Below are positions 1 to 10,089 of a stretch of DNA of 64,000 bases, piece by piece. This DNA is from an uncultured bacterium (GTDB lineage Bacteria; Edwardsbacteria; AC1; EtOH8). Location of the stretch: NCBI GenBank assembly GCA_963780225.1, contig CAWAAX010000016.1, forward strand, positions 1 to 64,000. Reading direction: 5' to 3'. The number at the start of each line of letters is the position of its first letter. The first letter of the stretch is position 1. Position numbers and translations under genes: made by a program. The notes below the pieces were generated by a model. The model was not told the origin of the DNA and did no database searches. It was given only the letters and a program-made list of their open reading frames with translations.

Positions 1-15
1 GCTTAATTTATTGCA

Positions 16-44
16 TTGACAGTATTTATGACTTGTGATAAAAT
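16..44 (+). promoter_or_regulatory. sigma70-type promoter for the ABC operon
   Basis: TTGACA (16-21), 17-nt spacer, TAAAAT (39-44). Confidence 0.6.
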
Positions 45-124
45 ACAAGGCTGAATAAAATGCCATAAATTTGACAAATTCTAAGCACTAATTCCTAAGA
101 GCCAAACAAACAACTTCAGGCTTT

Positions 125-221
125 GTCATTCTGAGAAGCCAGGCTTGACTTGCTCCCGAAGAATATGTTTATTCCACGGATTCTTCGGTTAGTCAGGCAA
201 AGTTGCCAAGCTCAGAATGAC
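125..221. repeat. REP/MITE-like palindromic element
   Basis: Terminal inverted repeat GTCATTCTGAG...CTCAGAATGAC with inner CCGAAGAAT/ATTCTTCGG stem. Confidence 0.65.
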
Positions 222-265
222 CGGTTGGGAACTAGAAAATTGTATTTAGGATTTATAGTTTATAG

Positions 266-1270
266 ATGCCTATCATTGAAGTAAATAACCTGGTCAAGGA
301 TTTCAAACGCTACCGCCGGAGGCCCGGACTGGGCGGAGCTTTCAAGGATCTTTGGGCCCGGAAATACGAGACCGTTCACGCCGTGAACCAGGTCAACTTT
401 TCCATTGATGCCGGAGAGATCGTGGGCTACATCGGCCCCAACGGCGCGGGAAAATCCACCACCATCAAGATCCTGACCGGGATCCTGGTGCCCACCTCGG
501 GCCAGGTGCGGGTCCAGGGGCTGATCCCCTACAAGCAGCGCTACCAGCACGTCAAGCAGATCGGGGTGGTGTTCGGCCAGCGCACCCAGCTGTGGTGGGA
601 CATCGCGGTGATGGAGTCGTTCAACCTGCTGCAGAAGATCTACGAGATCCCAATGTCAGATTACAAGGCCCGGCTGGAGAAGTTCGACCGGGTGCTGGGA
701 CTGAAGGAACTGCTGGAGGTCCCGGTGCGCAAGCTTTCCCTGGGCCAGCGGATGCGCTGCGATCTGGCGGCCTCGCTGCTCCACAATCCCAAGATAGTCT
801 TTTTGGACGAGCCCACCATCGGGCTGGACGTGGCGGTCAAGGCCAACATCCGGGAATTCATCAAGGAGATCAACCAGGAGTACGGCACCACCGTCATCCT
901 GACCACCCACGACATGTCCGACATCGAGGAACTTTGCAGCCGGGTGCTGATGATAGACGCCGGAAAGATCATCTACGACGGAGAATTGAAGGCCCTGAAG
1001 GACGGGGTGGACGCCAGCCGCCGGCTGCTGCTGGAGACCATCTTCCCGGTAAAACTCTCGGGGCTGGCCGGCCTGCTTAAGGATTATCCCCTGGACATGC
1101 AGTCCACCGACGCCTACCACTGGGAGATCAGCTTCAACCGCAGCCAGGTGAACGCCGCCCAGCTGATGCACCTGCTGCTGTCCAGCCTGGACGTCCGCGA
1201 CATCGGGCTGGAGGAGCCGCCGATCGAGGAGATCGTGCGCAAGGTCTACGAGGGACGGAAGGTCCAATGA
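266..1270 (+). CDS. ABC-2 type exporter ATP-binding subunit
   Basis: Walker A GPNGAGKST, signature LSLGQ, Walker B VFLDEPT, H-loop TTH. Confidence 0.95.
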   Translation: MPIIEVNNLVKDFKRYRRRPGLGGAFKDLWARKYETVHAVNQVNFSIDAGEIVGYIGPNGAGKSTTIKILTGILVPTSGQVRVQGLIPYKQRYQHVKQIGVVFGQRTQLWWDIAVMESFNLLQKIYEIPMSDYKARLEKFDRVLGLKELLEVPVRKLSLGQRMRCDLAASLLHNPKIVFLDEPTIGLDVAVKANIREFIKEINQEYGTTVILTTHDMSDIEELCSRVLMIDAGKIIYDGELKALKDGVDASRRLLLETIFPVKLSGLAGLLKDYPLDMQSTDAYHWEISFNRSQVNAAQLMHLLLSSLDVRDIGLEEPPIEEIVRKVYEGRKVQ

Positions 1271-2070
1271 GGATGAGGTCCGCCAAATACTGGCAGTTCA
1301 TGCGGCTGGGCTACATCACCTACCTGGCCTACCGCTTTCAGGTGCTGGCCAGCTTCGTCTCGTACCTGCTGATCATAGCCCTCAACTACTTTCTGTGGAA
1401 GGCGGTCTATTCCGGAAGGCAGGTGATAGCCGGGTTCACCATGGAGCAGATGATGACCTACGTGGTGATCGGCTGGTCGGCCCGGACCTTTTTTGCCAAC
1501 CGGATCGACCGGATGATCGGGGACGCGGTCAAGGACGGCTCGATCATCATGGACCTGCTGAAGCCCACCAATTTCCAGCTCTACCACTATTTCCGGTCCT
1601 TCGGCCGGGCCGTCTTCATGTTCATCTTCATGACCCTGCCCATCATCGTGGTTGCTTCGTTCCTGTTCCCGGTTCAGTTGCCTTCGGGCAAGCTGGGGCC
1701 GTATCTTTTCCCCCTGAGCATGGTCCTCAGCTTCTTCCTGCATGCCGGGATCAGCTATCTGACCGGGCTGGTGGCCTTCTTCACCCGCAACAACGAGGGG
1801 GTGTTCCGCTTCAAGCAGCTGCTGGTGGAGGTCTTCTCCGGGGTGATGATCCCCATCACTTTTTTTCCGGGCTGGGTGCAAAAGGCCCTGTTCTGGCTGC
1901 CCTTCAAGTACATCGCCTACGCGCCGCTCCGGATCTACCTCGGCATGGAGCCGCTGTCCCGCGTTCACCAGGGGGTGCTGCTGCAGATAATGTGGATCAT
2001 CATCATTTACGCCGCCGGGCAGCTGCTGTGGCACTACGGGATCAGAAGGCTGGAGATACAGGGGGGGTAG
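1267..2070 (+). CDS. ABC-2 family permease
   Basis: About 6 hydrophobic segments, 'IKDGSI..DLLKP'-type motif, overlaps the ATPase stop codon. Confidence 0.88.
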   Translation: MRMRSAKYWQFMRLGYITYLAYRFQVLASFVSYLLIIALNYFLWKAVYSGRQVIAGFTMEQMMTYVVIGWSARTFFANRIDRMIGDAVKDGSIIMDLLKPTNFQLYHYFRSFGRAVFMFIFMTLPIIVVASFLFPVQLPSGKLGPYLFPLSMVLSFFLHAGISYLTGLVAFFTRNNEGVFRFKQLLVEVFSGVMIPITFFPGWVQKALFWLPFKYIAYAPLRIYLGMEPLSRVHQGVLLQIMWIIIIYAAGQLLWHYGIRRLEIQGG

Positions 2071-2185
2071 CATAAATGCAAATTGCAGAATGCAGAATGC
2101 AAAATAATCTGTCTCGAGTGGACATGTCCTGCCAGTTAATCGTTTGTTGAAAAAGCTGTCTTAATATGTCTTTAAATACCGAAAA

Positions 2186-2986
2186 ATGCGACGAATCTTT
2201 TTTTACATAAACCTGGCCTGGGCCAATGTTTCCAACTCGCTCAAGTCCCGGCTTTCATATAGGGAGGACTTTTGGGCCGGGTTCATCGCCAATTTCATGA
2301 CCCAGATGATCGGGGTGCTGTTCGTGGCCGCCTTGTTCGGCAAGGTGCCGCACCTGAAAGGCTGGTACCGCTACGAGATATTCTACATCTACGGTTTTTC
2401 CCAGCTGACCCTGGGCCTGTTCTTTTTGTTCTTCTCCAACCTGTTCGAAGTGAGCGAGCGCTACATCGTGGAGGGCTGGTTCGACCGGGTGCTGCTGCGG
2501 CCCCTGGACAGCTTCTTTCAGGTGATCATCGAGCGGGTTCATTTTGAGGAGATCTCCAACATCCTGGTGGGCCTGATGATCATGACCTATTCCCTGCACC
2601 ACCTGGAAATATCCCTTTCCTTACTGCAGCACCTGATGATCCTGGGAATGGTCGTGTCGGCCTGCCTGATCTATCTGGGGATATTCACCGCCGTTATCAG
2701 CGCCACCTTCTGGTTCAACGACCGGGGCAGCCTGGTCTCGGTGCTCCACCTGATGCAGAATTTCTCCGGCTACCCGGTCACCATCTACGATCCCAAATTA
2801 AGGTTCATTTTAAGCTGGATAATTCCCTATGCTTTTACCGCCTTTTATCCGGCGGTGCAGGTGCTGGGACATAAGGGATACGGGATCTACGCCTGGCTGA
2901 CCCCGGCCATCGGCCTGATCTTCTTCGGGCTGGGGATGTTCTCCTGGAAGCAGGGGGTGAAGGCCTACGAGAGCACCGGGAGCTGA
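2186..2986 (+). CDS. ABC-2 family permease (second subunit)
   Basis: 'G.FDRVLLRPLD' and 'YPVTIY' motifs, C-terminal YESTGS, hydrophobic profile. Confidence 0.88.
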   Translation: MRRIFFYINLAWANVSNSLKSRLSYREDFWAGFIANFMTQMIGVLFVAALFGKVPHLKGWYRYEIFYIYGFSQLTLGLFFLFFSNLFEVSERYIVEGWFDRVLLRPLDSFFQVIIERVHFEEISNILVGLMIMTYSLHHLEISLSLLQHLMILGMVVSACLIYLGIFTAVISATFWFNDRGSLVSVLHLMQNFSGYPVTIYDPKLRFILSWIIPYAFTAFYPAVQVLGHKGYGIYAWLTPAIGLIFFGLGMFSWKQGVKAYESTGS

Positions 2987-3004
2987 CGGCCGCGCTTTGC
3001 TGGG

Positions 3005-3119
3005 GATGCAATGAGCAAAACAATGGTGATACAATGGGCGAAACAATGGTGATGCAATTGGCCGAACAATCGTGATACAATGGGCGAAACGATAGTGATG
3101 CAATGGACCAAACAATTGT
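3005..3119. repeat. Tandem repeat, 5 x 23 nt
   Basis: Units gatgcaatgagcaaaacaatggt / gatacaatgggcgaaacaatggt / gatgcaattggccgaacaatcgt / gatacaatgggcgaaacgatagt / gatgcaatggaccaaacaattgt. Confidence 0.9.
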
Positions 3120-3211
3120 ATAACCACCGTATATCCACCGCATATCAACATTTCTACTCATCCTGCGTTAATACGTTAATACTTTGAAAATACCATCCAA
3201 ATGGAGGACTA

Positions 3212-4276
3212 ATGATAAAACTGCCTAATTTCAGGGAAATATTCAGGGACATCTTTGGATCCATGGTTTCCCACGACATGGCGGTGGATCTGGGGACGGC
3301 CAGCACCCTGGTCTATGTGCAAGGCAAGGGGATCGTGTTGAACCAACCTTCGGTGGTGGCCATTGAAAAGAAGACCGGGATGCCGATCGCGGTGGGCGCC
3401 GAGGCCAAGAAAATGCTGGGCCGCACTCCGGACGAGATCCGGGCCATCCGTCCCATGAAGGACGGTGTGATCGCCGACTTTGAGATCTGCGAAGAGATGC
3501 TGCGGGCCTTCATCAAAATGGCCCAGAAGCGGCGGACCCTGATCCGCCCCCGGGTGATCATCTGCGTCCCTTCGGGGATCACCGAAGTGGAAAAGCGCGC
3601 GGTGCGGGATTCGGCCGAACACGCCGGGGCCCGGGAGGTCTTTCTGATCGCCGAGCCCATTGCCGCCGCCATCGGGGTGGGCCTGCCGGTGGATTCGGCC
3701 ATGGGCAGCATGGTGATAGACATCGGCGGCGGCACCACCGAGATCGCGGTGATCGCCCTGTCCGGAATCGTCCGCAACACTTCCATCCGGATTGCCGGCG
3801 ACGAAATGGACGAGGCCATACTGGAGTATCTGCGCAAGACCCACAATCTTTTGATCGGTGAACAGACCGCCGAGGAGATAAAAATCAGGATCGGTTCGGC
3901 CTTCCCGGTGGAGGAAAGCAAGGAGATGGAGGTCAAGGGCCGGGATGTGGTGCAAGGCATCCCCCGGTCCATTAAGATAAAAAGCGAGGAGATACGGGAG
4001 GCCCTGCGGGAGCCGGTATCCCAAATAGTGCTGGCGGTAAAGAAGGCCCTGGAGCAGACCCCTCCGGAATTGGCCGCCGACATCGTGGATGCCGGAATAA
4101 CCATGACCGGCGGAGGATCCCTGCTAAAAGGCTTGGACGCGCTGCTCCGGGAGGAGACCAATCTGCCGATCAAACTAGCGCCGGAAACCCAGGAATGCAT
4201 CGTGCTGGGAGCCGGCAAGGTTTTGGAGTCACCGGCCGATTATGAGAAGGTGCTGATGCAGAGCCGCAAGGAATAA
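3212..4276 (+). CDS. mreB: Rod shape-determining protein MreB
   Basis: DLGTAST, IRPMKDGVIADF, DIGGGTTE, TGGGSLL actin-like motifs; RBS GGAGG. Confidence 0.97.
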   Translation: MIKLPNFREIFRDIFGSMVSHDMAVDLGTASTLVYVQGKGIVLNQPSVVAIEKKTGMPIAVGAEAKKMLGRTPDEIRAIRPMKDGVIADFEICEEMLRAFIKMAQKRRTLIRPRVIICVPSGITEVEKRAVRDSAEHAGAREVFLIAEPIAAAIGVGLPVDSAMGSMVIDIGGGTTEIAVIALSGIVRNTSIRIAGDEMDEAILEYLRKTHNLLIGEQTAEEIKIRIGSAFPVEESKEMEVKGRDVVQGIPRSIKIKSEEIREALREPVSQIVLAVKKALEQTPPELAADIVDAGITMTGGGSLLKGLDALLREETNLPIKLAPETQECIVLGAGKVLESPADYEKVLMQSRKE

Positions 4277-4422
4277 CTATCAAGTAATTCGATTATCATA
4301 TAAGGAAACCAGGAATACAGGAAAGAATCAGGGTCCCAATGTTGAATATTCATGGGTTCATGGATTCCTTATAAATGGTATCTATGTGCAGTCCCTGTTA
4401 ATAATGAAACCAAAGAACGTAG

Positions 4423-5376
4423 ATGCGGCTGTTAAACTTCAGATTTCTCAAAAAGACCGATTGGGCCTCGCTGGGGGCCGCAGTCATTTTGTCAATTACC
4501 CTGATGGTTTTGCCCCAGGATGCCAAGCTGTGGCTGAGCCAAAAGGTGGTGGGGACAGTCTTTGCTCCGCTGGAATGGCCGTTGACCCGGGTCCGCTCCT
4601 TGCTGGCCAGCTGGAAAGAGAATGCAGTTTTAAAGGATCAACTGGCCAGTCTTGGTTTGGAGCGCTCGGCTCTGCTGGAGGCGGCCCGCCAAAACGCCGG
4701 GCTGCGCCAGGCGCTGGGGCTAAAACAGCTTTATTCCTGGAACCTGGCCACCGCTCAGATAGCGGGGCGGGAGCCGGTGCTGCTAAGCCCGGATCTTTTG
4801 ATAGATAAGGGTAAGGATGACAGCCTTTCCCCGGGAATGGTGGTGATCTCTACCTTGGGCCTGGTGGGCCTGATTACCTCCACAGATGCGGGCCAGTCGG
4901 CAGTGCAGACCGTGTTCAGCCCTGATTCCCGGGTCAGCGCCATTGATCTGCGCAGCCGGGTGCTGGGAATATTTAAAACCCGGGCCGGAATGTCATGCCT
5001 GTTCGACCGCGTTCCCCTGCGAGCTGACGTTGCTGCAGGGGATACCATTGTTTCCTCCGGCTATGGCGGCGTTTTTCCCTACGGGCTGATGCTGGGAGTG
5101 GTGGAGAAGGTTGAAGTTGATAAAAGAAAATTAGTGCTGGATGTAGAGGTCCGGCCGGCTTTGGAGCTTAACCGCATTAACCAGGTGCTGGTGATCAGGG
5201 GCGGGAATAACCCGCCGTTGCCCCTGTTGATCCCGGCTCCTGCCCCTGACAGCCTGGTTGCTAGGACCAAAAAAAGAAAAGCGGAGACCCAGCCCCGGAT
5301 AATCATCCGGGCGCCGGAGTTCCGGATAGAACTTCCCGACACTACTCCGTTGCAGTTGGAGAAAGCCCCGCAATGA
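4423..5376 (+). CDS. mreC: Rod shape-determining protein MreC
   Basis: N-terminal TM plus coiled coil, 'IDKGKDD', 'GLVG', 'SSGYGGVFPYGL'; follows mreB. Confidence 0.9.
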   Translation: MRLLNFRFLKKTDWASLGAAVILSITLMVLPQDAKLWLSQKVVGTVFAPLEWPLTRVRSLLASWKENAVLKDQLASLGLERSALLEAARQNAGLRQALGLKQLYSWNLATAQIAGREPVLLSPDLLIDKGKDDSLSPGMVVISTLGLVGLITSTDAGQSAVQTVFSPDSRVSAIDLRSRVLGIFKTRAGMSCLFDRVPLRADVAAGDTIVSSGYGGVFPYGLMLGVVEKVEVDKRKLVLDVEVRPALELNRINQVLVIRGGNNPPLPLLIPAPAPDSLVARTKKRKAETQPRIIIRAPEFRIELPDTTPLQLEKAPQ

Positions 5377-5873
5377 GAACTTTAAAACTATTTTTATTGG
5401 CCTGGCTGGCGGTGTTCGTTCAGTCCTCGCTTTCCGGACTTTTATCGGTCTGGGGGCTGCTGCCAGATTTCGTAGCCATGATCATCGGGCTGACGGCACT
5501 AACCCTGGGAACCGGTCCGGGAATCCAGATCGGAGTAATGGCCGGCTTTCTGGCCGACTGTTACCATCCGTCCACCATGGGTTTGTTCACCCTCAGCGGC
5601 GGGGTTTCCGGATACTGGGCCGGATCGTTAAGGGAGCGGATATACAAGGATCAGCTCTTAAGCCAGTTGCTAATAGCCGGCCTGCTGTCGCTGGTTCGCC
5701 AGCTGTTCGAATATTGGGGCCGGGGCGGAGGGGGGTTGGGGGGATATTTTTGGGTTTTAATGCGGTTCGGTCTGGGCAGTGCCTTGTATACGATTTTACT
5801 GGGTTCGGTATTACTGCCGTATTTAAAGCGTTTGCTTTCGCGAACTGAAAAAACAAAACTTCGCCCGGCATAA
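5373..5873 (+). CDS. mreD: Rod shape-determining protein MreD
   Basis: Small polytopic protein with 'PDF' and 'GFLAD' motifs; overlaps mreC stop. Confidence 0.85.
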   Translation: MRTLKLFLLAWLAVFVQSSLSGLLSVWGLLPDFVAMIIGLTALTLGTGPGIQIGVMAGFLADCYHPSTMGLFTLSGGVSGYWAGSLRERIYKDQLLSQLLIAGLLSLVRQLFEYWGRGGGGLGGYFWVLMRFGLGSALYTILLGSVLLPYLKRLLSRTEKTKLRPA

Positions 5874-5875
5874 AG

Positions 5876-6859
5876 ATGAAAAGGAGCATCTCGGTCGTTA
5901 TTCCCAATTATAACGGAATGGGGTTGCTGTCATCAAATCTGCCGGTGCTGTACCGGGCCCTCCAAACATCGGGTATTGATGATTATGAGATAATCATTTC
6001 AGATGATGCCTCCTTTGACGGTTCGGTGGAATTTATAAAGACCCATCACCCCGGCATTATTCTGCTGGAAAGCGCCGTCAATCGTGGTTTCTCGGGCAAC
6101 GTCAATGCCGGCATCAAAAAGGCTGGTAAGGAATTGGTTTTTATTCTAAACTCCGATGTGGTGTTGAGGGACGGCTATTTTACGCCGTTAATACAGTATT
6201 TTGATGATCCCGATACCTTTGGAGTAATGGGGAGGATCGTCAGCATTGATTCCGGCAAGCTTCAGGACGGAGCCAAATATCCCGATTATTCGTATGCCGA
6301 TATCAGAGCAACCACAAACTACATCTACCGGCAGCCTACGGGTGCAAAAACTTTCAGCTTCTTCTTAAGCGGAGCCAATGCGCTGATCGACCGCGGCAAA
6401 TTGATGTTTTTGGGCGGTTTTGACGAGATCTACGGACCATATTACAGCGAGGATGTGGACCTGGGTCTCAGGGCCTGGAGGGCCGGCTACCGATGTTACT
6501 ATGAGCATGATTCCATCTGCAAGCATCCGAACGCAGCGACCATAAAAATGGAGAAAAAAGGGAAAATAAGAGTGATCTCCAAACGCAATAAAATGCTCTT
6601 GCATTTTATTCATCTTGACAATCTTGAACTTTTGTTTTATTTGCTGCTGCTGACCGTCAAATTCCTGTTCCGGGCCTTGTCATTGGATCTCAATTACTGC
6701 AAATCATTCATTCTCTTTGCCGGCTCAATCCCTAAAGCCGTGAAGTCCAAGGCCGGATTCAAAGAACTGCAGAAAATCAAAAAATCGAAACTGTCCGTCA
6801 GAGATATAACCGGCTTTATCAAGCTAAATATTTACCAGAGCAAGGTTGAAATATTCTGA
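5876..6859 (+). CDS. Glycosyltransferase family 2
   Basis: SVVIPNYNG, DDAS.DGS, LNSD, YSEDVDLG motifs. Confidence 0.92.
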   Translation: MKRSISVVIPNYNGMGLLSSNLPVLYRALQTSGIDDYEIIISDDASFDGSVEFIKTHHPGIILLESAVNRGFSGNVNAGIKKAGKELVFILNSDVVLRDGYFTPLIQYFDDPDTFGVMGRIVSIDSGKLQDGAKYPDYSYADIRATTNYIYRQPTGAKTFSFFLSGANALIDRGKLMFLGGFDEIYGPYYSEDVDLGLRAWRAGYRCYYEHDSICKHPNAATIKMEKKGKIRVISKRNKMLLHFIHLDNLELLFYLLLLTVKFLFRALSLDLNYCKSFILFAGSIPKAVKSKAGFKELQKIKKSKLSVRDITGFIKLNIYQSKVEIF

Positions 6860-6949
6860 TGGCCGTCCCAAAAGCCGTCCCAAAGTTAAAAATGTTGACG
6901 GCCGGCGATCATGTTACGGAATTTTTATTGATTACGGGGAGAAAAGGTT

Positions 6950-8761
6950 TTGGTTAATGAACTGGGAAGAAGGGAAAGGGTCCTTTCCATTATGGCATTG
7001 TTTGCCCTGAGTTTGTTCACTTTGCTGTTCAGGTCCGGATATCTGCAGGTGGTTAAGCACGGGCATTATTCCAGGCTTTCCCAGCAGAACCGGCTCCGGC
7101 GGCTGATGATTCCGGCGCCCCGGGGCTTGGTCTTTGACTGCAACGGGGTGCTGATAGCCCAAAGCCGCCCCGGATTTGACCTGGTGCTGGTGACCGTGAA
7201 TGACTGGCAGGTTTCGGTCAACAAAGCCGCCGCCTTGCTGGGATTAGACAGCCTGCTGCTGAAAAGCTCGGTGATGGCACAGCGGAAGATATTTCCCAAA
7301 GATCCGGTGGTGCTGGTCAAGGATCTGCTGCCGGAACAAGTGGCCCGGATCGAAGAGAACATTTTAAATCTGCCGGCTTTAAGGCTGGAGGTGGAATCGC
7401 TCCGCAAGACGGAACACGGTTCCCTGGCCAGCCATCTGGTGGGATATACCTCATCCCTGGGACAATTAGAGTATGCTAAATACAAGGACCAAGGCTACAG
7501 CTACGGCGATTATATCGGCAAAGGGGGGCTGGAACTGAAGTATGAAAAATATCTACGGGGGGAGAACGGTTCAGATTTCATTGAAGTCGACGCCAGGGGC
7601 CGCGATCTGGGTACAGTATCCGAAGCCGAAAGAATAGAGCCCGATCCCGGCAACAACATATATCTGACCATTGACTGGCGGCTGGAGGCTCTGGCCGAAA
7701 GCCTTTTTACCGAAGACATGATCGGGGCAGCGGTGGCCATAGAACCCCGGACCGGACGGGTGCTGGCCCTGGTGAGCCGTCCCAACTTCGATCCCAACTT
7801 GTTTGCCGCCGGCATCCGGGCCGATGACTGGAACCGGCTGGTCAACGATCCCAGCTATCCCTTATGGGACCGGGCTATCCGCAGCGCTTACCCGCCGGGG
7901 TCCACCTTCAAAGTGGTCACGGCCGCCGCGGCCCTGGAGGAATCGCTGATCACCCCGGAAACGAGGATGAAAGTCCCCTGCCGGGGCAGTTTGGTGATAG
8001 GCAACCGGGCTTTTAAATGCTGGAAAAAAGGGGGGCACGGCTCGCTGGATCTTCACGGCGCCATAGTCAACTCCTGCGACGTTTATTTCTATCAATTGGG
8101 AATGTTGTTGAAAATAAACGGGATGGCCAAATGGTCCCAAAAGCTGGGATTTAATCAGGAGACCGGAATAGACCTGCCCCAGGAGAACCCTGGCCTGATT
8201 CCTGATGATGCCTGGTACCAGAAACGTCTGGGGAAATATGCCAAGACTGTGGGACATTCGGCCAACATGTCCATCGGCCAGGGCGAGGTGATGGCCACCC
8301 CGCTGCAGATGGCCTCCTTGTACGCTGCTTTAGCCAACGGGGGAGTGTGGTGCCAGCCCCATCTGCTGTTAAAGGCTGAGGATTATACGGGAAAAGTGCT
8401 GACCGGCGAGGTCATCAGCAAAAAAAGGCTGCCTCTTTCCGACGGCACGGTATCAGTCATAAAACAGGCGCTGTACGGGGCAGTCAACGATTCCGGCCAT
8501 ACTGGCGGAGCCGCCCGGATATATGGGGTGAAGGTCTGCGGAAAGACCGGGACCGCCCAGAACCCCCATGGCAAGGACCATTCCTGGTTCGTGGGCTTTG
8601 CTCCTTTGGATGATCCGTCCATCACAGTGGCGGTGTTGGTGGAGAATGCCGGTCACGGTTCGGAGATCGCCGCGCCCATTGCCGGGAAGATAATGCAAAG
8701 ATATTTGGAAATAAAGGGTTTGATGGCCCAACCTGCTCTGGCCACGGCGAGGCCGCAATGA
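6950..8761 (+). CDS. mrdA: Penicillin-binding protein 2
   Basis: PAPRG, PGSTFK (SxxK), SCD (SxN equivalent), KTGTAQ; exact start uncertain. Confidence 0.95.
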   Translation: MVNELGRRERVLSIMALFALSLFTLLFRSGYLQVVKHGHYSRLSQQNRLRRLMIPAPRGLVFDCNGVLIAQSRPGFDLVLVTVNDWQVSVNKAAALLGLDSLLLKSSVMAQRKIFPKDPVVLVKDLLPEQVARIEENILNLPALRLEVESLRKTEHGSLASHLVGYTSSLGQLEYAKYKDQGYSYGDYIGKGGLELKYEKYLRGENGSDFIEVDARGRDLGTVSEAERIEPDPGNNIYLTIDWRLEALAESLFTEDMIGAAVAIEPRTGRVLALVSRPNFDPNLFAAGIRADDWNRLVNDPSYPLWDRAIRSAYPPGSTFKVVTAAAALEESLITPETRMKVPCRGSLVIGNRAFKCWKKGGHGSLDLHGAIVNSCDVYFYQLGMLLKINGMAKWSQKLGFNQETGIDLPQENPGLIPDDAWYQKRLGKYAKTVGHSANMSIGQGEVMATPLQMASLYAALANGGVWCQPHLLLKAEDYTGKVLTGEVISKKRLPLSDGTVSVIKQALYGAVNDSGHTGGAARIYGVKVCGKTGTAQNPHGKDHSWFVGFAPLDDPSITVAVLVENAGHGSEIAAPIAGKIMQRYLEIKGLMAQPALATARPQ

Positions 8762-9981
8762 AGATCAAAATGCTGGGCTCCCGCGATTTTGACCTGCAGC
8801 TGGTGGCGGCAGTTCTAATTCTGTGCGCTCTGGGCATCGTAGCGATTTACAGCGCCACTCAGATCGATCAGCCCCAGCTTTTGGGACTGTGGCAAAAACA
8901 GCTTTTTTCGCTAGGGCTGGGCCTGCTGCTGATGGCGATCACCATCGCCGTTCCCTTCCGCTATTTTGAGGCTTTTGCCTGGCCGATGTACATAGTCTCA
9001 ATGATCCTGCTGGTGGCGGTGCTGTTCGCCCCGCCGGTGATGAAGGCCCACCGCTGGATAAACTTCGGATTCGTCAGGTTCCAGCCCTCGGAACTGGCCA
9101 AGCTGGCCACGGTATTCGTGCTGGCCAAAGTGCTTTCGGCCCACGATTTTTCCTTCGACAAATTCTGGAAACTCCTGGTCCCTGTCGGCATAGTCCTGCT
9201 GCCGGCGGCGCTGGTGCTGGCCGAGCCCGATCTGGGAACCTCTCTTTCCTTCGCCGCTTTGTTTCTGACCATGGTGTTCTGGCAGGGACTATCTTTTGGG
9301 AATTTCTTTTTCATGGTTTCGCCGGTGCTCTCGATGGTGGCCGTGATCTCAATGCCCAGCTGGATAGGATTCATGGTGCTGATGGCCGGAGCTTTCTGGT
9401 TCTTTAAGGTTAAGTTCAAATACGCCCTGCCCATATTTTTGATCAATATCTTCATCGGCAGCCTGGCCCCGGCCGTCTGGTACGGGCTCAAGGGATATCA
9501 GCGCAAAAGACTTTTAACCTTCGTCAACCCCGACCTGGACCCCAAGGGGGCCGGCTGGCACGTGCTGCAGTCCAAGATAGCGGTGGGCTCGGGCGGCCTG
9601 CTGGGCAAGGGCTTTTTGCAGGGCACCCAGAAAAAGCTTTCCTTCCTGCCGGAACAGCACACCGATTTTATTTTTTCCACCTTTGCCGAGGAATTCGGCT
9701 TCATAGGAGTTCTGATAGTGCTGTCCCTTTTCGGTTGGCTTTTGTTCCGGGGAATAATCATTGCCCGGCAGGCCCGCAACCGGTTCGCCAGTTTTACCGC
9801 CATCGGGATCATCGCCATCATTGGCTTTCATGTGTTCCTGAACATCGGAGTAACGCTCGGGATAATGCCGGTAACCGGGATTCCGCTGCCGTTTATGAGC
9901 TACGGGGGGACCTCGCTGATAACCATGCTGGTGATGACCGGGATACTCTTGAACATCGGCCTGAGGCGGTACGAGTACTAG
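8758..9981 (+). CDS. rodA: Rod shape-determining protein RodA (SEDS family)
   Basis: FQPSELAK, EPDLGT, LPEQHTDFIF, SYGG motifs. Confidence 0.95.
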   Translation: MKIKMLGSRDFDLQLVAAVLILCALGIVAIYSATQIDQPQLLGLWQKQLFSLGLGLLLMAITIAVPFRYFEAFAWPMYIVSMILLVAVLFAPPVMKAHRWINFGFVRFQPSELAKLATVFVLAKVLSAHDFSFDKFWKLLVPVGIVLLPAALVLAEPDLGTSLSFAALFLTMVFWQGLSFGNFFFMVSPVLSMVAVISMPSWIGFMVLMAGAFWFFKVKFKYALPIFLINIFIGSLAPAVWYGLKGYQRKRLLTFVNPDLDPKGAGWHVLQSKIAVGSGGLLGKGFLQGTQKKLSFLPEQHTDFIFSTFAEEFGFIGVLIVLSLFGWLLFRGIIIARQARNRFASFTAIGIIAIIGFHVFLNIGVTLGIMPVTGIPLPFMSYGGTSLITMLVMTGILLNIGLRRYEY

Positions 9982-10089
9982 CCTGGCGGCAGGGAATTGA
10001 TGATAGGGACTTGATAATTGGGAACAGTGAACAGTGAACAGGTAACGGAGAACGTTAAACTCTAAACGCCAAACAGTAAACTGTAATAG

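Noticed and set aside
3005..3119. CRISPR array
   Set aside because: Contiguous tandem units with no spacers
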